DNA of 64,000 nt from Oikopleura dioica. Taxonomy: Eukaryota > Animalia > Chordata. The notes beneath the pieces were generated by a model. It was given only the letters and a program-made list of their open reading frames with translations, was not told where the DNA came from and did not search any database. The position numbers and the translations under genes were made by a program. Numbering within the stretch: the stretch's first letter is position 1; each line of letters starts with the position of its first letter. Positions 60,400-64,000 of this stretch are shown here, in pieces. The stretch is from NCBI GenBank assembly GCA_907165135.1, contig OU015568.1:3348001-3412000 (forward strand), given 5' to 3'.

Positions 60400-62130
60400 A
60401 TGAGTTGCGGGTGCCTTTTTGGTAGTTGCATCAGGTAAGAGACTCGTCTAAAACTTCAGAACTTTTCAATTTATTTTTGAGGGCAATCTGCTGCTGCGGC
60501 AACAAATCCTGTCGGGATGAAGTAGGGATCGAGTTTTTCATGAATGCTGAAGATGTATCCGTTTCTCATGCGGCCATTATTGAACTTCACAGCCCACTTG
60601 ATCGGACGACGATTTCTCAAGCTTGGGAGAAGGCGAAAATGAAGAATCCATTCTTGCATGCGAAATGGGTCGCCGGATTTATTAAGAAAAGGCTTGTCAT
60701 TTTAAGAATAATAAGTTTTTTAAAAGGCGATTATAATTTCTGACTGTCTCCACGGTATTCAGCAAAAGCCATTCATTGATGCAGATTTAACTTCAGATAT
60801 ATCGAAAACGTTAATTATAAATTTAAAGTTATTTTTAAATTTTTATAGTGCCTGAAACAACAACAAGCTCACTAGAGAACGTCCCAGTCAACAAATCGTT
60901 GCCGAAATTCATCAAATGCTCAGAAAGCTCCTTCGAAGAAGAATTCCAGAAGACAGTTCAGAACAAAGTCCAGTTCTCAGAATTAATCGTTTGTGATGCA
61001 GGCCTGACCATCCAAATCATCGGTAAGTAACGACTTTTGGAACCAAGCTTTGTTTATCAAATTTAGTCGTTACCCCTCATTCCCTTGCTGATGGAACATC
61101 AATGATGCTCATTCTCCACGACATTTTGACATTCTACGAAAAACCTCATTTGTCGCAGCCTCTTGTCACCGAATATCCAACTGCAGCACAATATCTTTCG
61201 CCGAAACTCGACCCAAAGAAAGTCGAAGAGTTCAAGAAGAGAGTCACCGCCGAAAAGGGAGCTTATCGAAATGTAGTTCCTCACACTCCCTTCAAAAACA
61301 AGCGCCCCAAGCATGTTCCAACAAAAGTCACGTTGGGAAAAGGAACTCCAGAGGCGAGCAAAAAGCTTCTGGCCTTTTGTCGAAAAAATGGGATAACGAT
61401 TGGCACTTATCTCTTTGCAGCATTTTCTTTTATCAACTCAAAAATAACAGTTAGTCCATTTTTCAACAAAAAATATATTCAAAATCCAAGAAATCGCACA
61501 GCAAAGACCTGAGATTCGGAGTCGACTACAATCTTCGCGACCGATTCCCGAAGAAACTCGGCAACACTACTGTAGCCTGTTACATCAGCGAAAACGCATA
61601 TCAGCCGAACGCGGAGTTAGAAGAGACACTTGTTCAAGTAGCGACTCGAGCAAAGAGAGATATAAACGAAGCGATAGAAAATCAAGAGCCTTTTATGCTC
61701 AAAGTTTTGATCGGGATGTTTATCAAAGATGAGAAGGGATTTCTTCCGCCGGAGCAAAATTATACAAGTATGAATTTTCATTCGAAACAAGAGCTAAATC
61801 AAATTAAGATTCAAGCGTGAATTTCTCAAATGTAGGAAGATACAAGTTCGATACGAAATACGAGTTTGGCGAAATCCGGGAAATGTACTGCTCCGGATTC
61901 AGCTGGGAACTCTACGAGTACACTTTTCTCTTTCAGGTTGACTCTTGTTTTGTCTTCAAAATCATCATTTTTTTTCATAGACAACCGATCGATTATGTTT
62001 AACGATAACACACATGGATAAAGAGCTTTACAATGAGACTGCAAAGCAATATGTCGACGGATTCCTGGAGCTGACAGAAAATCCCGAAAAATATGAGTTT
62101 GAAACTCTGAGATCTTACGCAAATCTTTGA
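60400..62130 (+). CDS. Stand-alone CoA-dependent acyltransferase (condensation-domain/PapA5/alcohol acetyltransferase-like fold) with a Cys-rich N-terminus; multi-exon
   Basis: MSCGCLFGSCI|RAICCC start; PHSLADGTSMMLILHDILTFY (HxxxDG); KKLLAFCRKNGITIGTYLFAA; VDYNLRDR; NFSNVGRY; ends QYVDGFLELTENPEK...ANL*. Confidence 0.8.
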
Positions 62131-62230
62131 AATTATGTGCAACCTTTTATACCAAACACAACACAAACAAATAAATCTGACAATCAAAAATGAGAAGAAG
62201 TTCTCACGAAAAGAACTGTATTTCCACGTT

Positions 62231-62578
62231 TTATTTTTCGTCAAAGGAGACTTGCGATGATCCGGAAAACGACAATTTTTTCTGCTGAACGGACTTACAA
62301 ATAGTTATTTCCGCGGACAAGATGTTAAAATATCTACCGTATTAGTAATGAAACGGTATTACATAAATGCATAAGTACAAACATGATAATCCGGCATGTC
62401 GGGCAGACTTGATGCATTCCACTGGAACAATTCCCCCGCTTCAAGCTGGACATGTTGAACCGTTGAGACCAAGTATTTTCGTTTTGAGTTCCGAAAAGTT
62501 AACCGGAAAACGTTGGAGATGATCTTATTCGCAGGATTAGCTGCTGTAGACTTTTTTTCTATTTTAAAGAGTTCATGC
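62231..62578 (-). CDS. Possible 3' exons of an unknown gene
   Basis: Acceptor at 62579-80 opens a stop-free frame (HELFKIEKK...HVCTYAF), then a GT-AG intron to YFNILSAE...SFDEK*. No family recognised and no 5' exon found. Confidence 0.3.
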
Positions 62579-62880
62579 CTGAAATGAGCGTATTTATTTC
62601 TCTGAAGAATATAATTCCAATCTTTATTTTGATGGAGGGGATGAACGCTGATCCGGGTTAATTAATTGTGTTTATTTCTTCCGTACTTTCCGATTACAAA
62701 GATCTCAAAGAGGGAATGCTTGTAGTATGTTTTTCACGTAAACATGGAGTTGCATCTTTAAGATGCTGCTCCGAACGGTTGCTTTTTCATTTTCGATTTT
62801 TCAGCTTTTTGAATTTTGCAGGAAAAATAGAGAAACCATCAAAGTTGAGAGAAAGGTTTTGGTTATAAAAAAGAGAAGAA

Positions 62881-63849
62881 ATGAAGATATTCAATTTCTT
62901 GTCGGCTTCAATTTCTGCCTCAATATACAGAAGTAAGTTTTTTCAACAATTTTTAATAAAGAAATCGCTATCATCGTATTCAGCTCGAGAAGAACCCCTC
63001 CCATCTCAAAAATCTGGCCAAGACTTCTCCCTCTTCGTTGAGTCACGTGACCAGTGCCCTGATACAGAAACGACCTTTTGCAAAGATGGAAGCTCGAGGG
63101 CTTGTGCGGAATGGAAGTGTGAAAATGGTGTTGCAGAATTTTCTAGTTGCACCGCTGTCGTTAAAGACTTTCTTGACTCAATGACTGAAGAATTTTACAG
63201 GAAGAGGTTTATCTAGCACGTTTAGTGTTTAATTAAAAAGTGTTAAGTGAAATTTTTTTTATGAGCCTTGATAAGAACGTGCAGTTGCCACACGAATGTA
63301 GGACCATTCAATGTCTTTACCGGGTGTAAGTGGAAAGAGCAAGATAGTCTTTCAACATCGACAACGACATCAACAACCCTTTCAACCACAACATCGACGA
63401 CTTCAACAATAGCATCAGATACGACGACGAAAACATCGTCAATAGAAGCAGAAAGAATGCTCTTTGACATTGAGCTCCTTGGGAGTCATAAAAAAATGAG
63501 GAAGAGCTTGAAGAATTGGAATATGAAGAAGAACAGGAATATGATGAATATGAAGAAGAATATGCAAATGCTCTATTGAATCGTCCTCGAGCCTATCCGA
63601 TCTCGAGCATACGAAAGCAAAGAAAATTGGGAGGAGGAATGGGTAAGACAATCACAAGAGAAGGTAAAATTTCAACTCGAATTCTAAGATGATAACCAAT
63701 TTTTTTTTAGACGGGAAATATATTCATGCTTTCGAAATGATGCAGAGCATACAGCGGATGATGTTCGAAGAAGGCCTCTTTTCAATTTAGGCTTGAAAAT
63801 TGAACTGCAACTATTTATTTCATCTCCTGCATGTAAATTTTGCTTATAG
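62881..63849 (+). CDS. Secreted protein: signal peptide, Cys-rich module, Thr/Ser mucin-like stretch, Glu/Tyr-rich acidic tract; 3' end uncertain
   Basis: MKIFNFLSASISA; CPD..TFCKDGSSRACAEWKCENG..SC|RTCSC..GC; STSTTTSTTLSTTTSTTST; then EEELEELEYEEEQEYDEYEEEY reached via an inferred intron. Confidence 0.65.
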
Positions 63850-64000
63850 TCTAATAAAATAACAGTGGTTTACAGTCGGTACACTTAACCATGATACCAG
63901 ACTGATATGATCTCCAACAAGCAATTTTATTAACCGTTTTACACAACCAGAGGATAATAAACAGAAAGAGTAGTAGAACATTCGAACTCATAAAAATAAA

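Noticed and set aside
1-64000. Most short antisense and overlapping ORFs in the supplied track
   Set aside because: They are shadows of real exons on the other strand or frame, or chance ORFs in AT-rich and repeat DNA.

Overview
Eukaryotic DNA from a very compact animal genome. Introns of about 35-60 bp, homology-supported GC/GA donors, TTAGGG motifs and the gene families present suggest a larvacean tunicate such as Oikopleura; this is inference only. All gene models were spliced and translated by hand, and family assignments come from remembered motifs, not database searches. Positions 1-28.4 kb are gene-dense: CSGALNACT-like 3' end, GCNT, a motif-degenerate CHST-like gene, a disabled Cys-rich/beta-propeller gene, LAS1L, a heavily insert-laden EGFR/ErbB-type receptor with a Shc-type PTB-only gene directly upstream, a CENP-B/Tc5-like HTH-only gene, a tiny secreted peptide precursor, TMEM260, a claudin, an HMG-box protein, a PLAC8-family gene, an intact CHST and an unknown single-pass membrane protein. 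Positions 28.4-57 kb are almost gene-free and rich in non-autonomous elements: foldbacks/MITEs, TTAGGG-bearing elements, and a hAT-type element with an 8-bp TSD and (GAGCT)n arrays. This zone also holds a 21/22-aa tandem-repeat ORF with DxDxDG-like loops and one in-frame TGA. The last 7 kb hold a GOLD-domain fragment, an intron-containing HxxxDG (condensation/PapA5-like) acyltransferase with a Cys-cluster N-terminus, and a secreted Cys/Thr/Glu-Tyr-rich protein. No rRNA, tRNA or CRISPR could be supported. The best leads are the PTB-only Shc plus divergent EGFR pair, the HxxxDG acyltransferase, the DDYDY peptide precursor and the repeat ORF.
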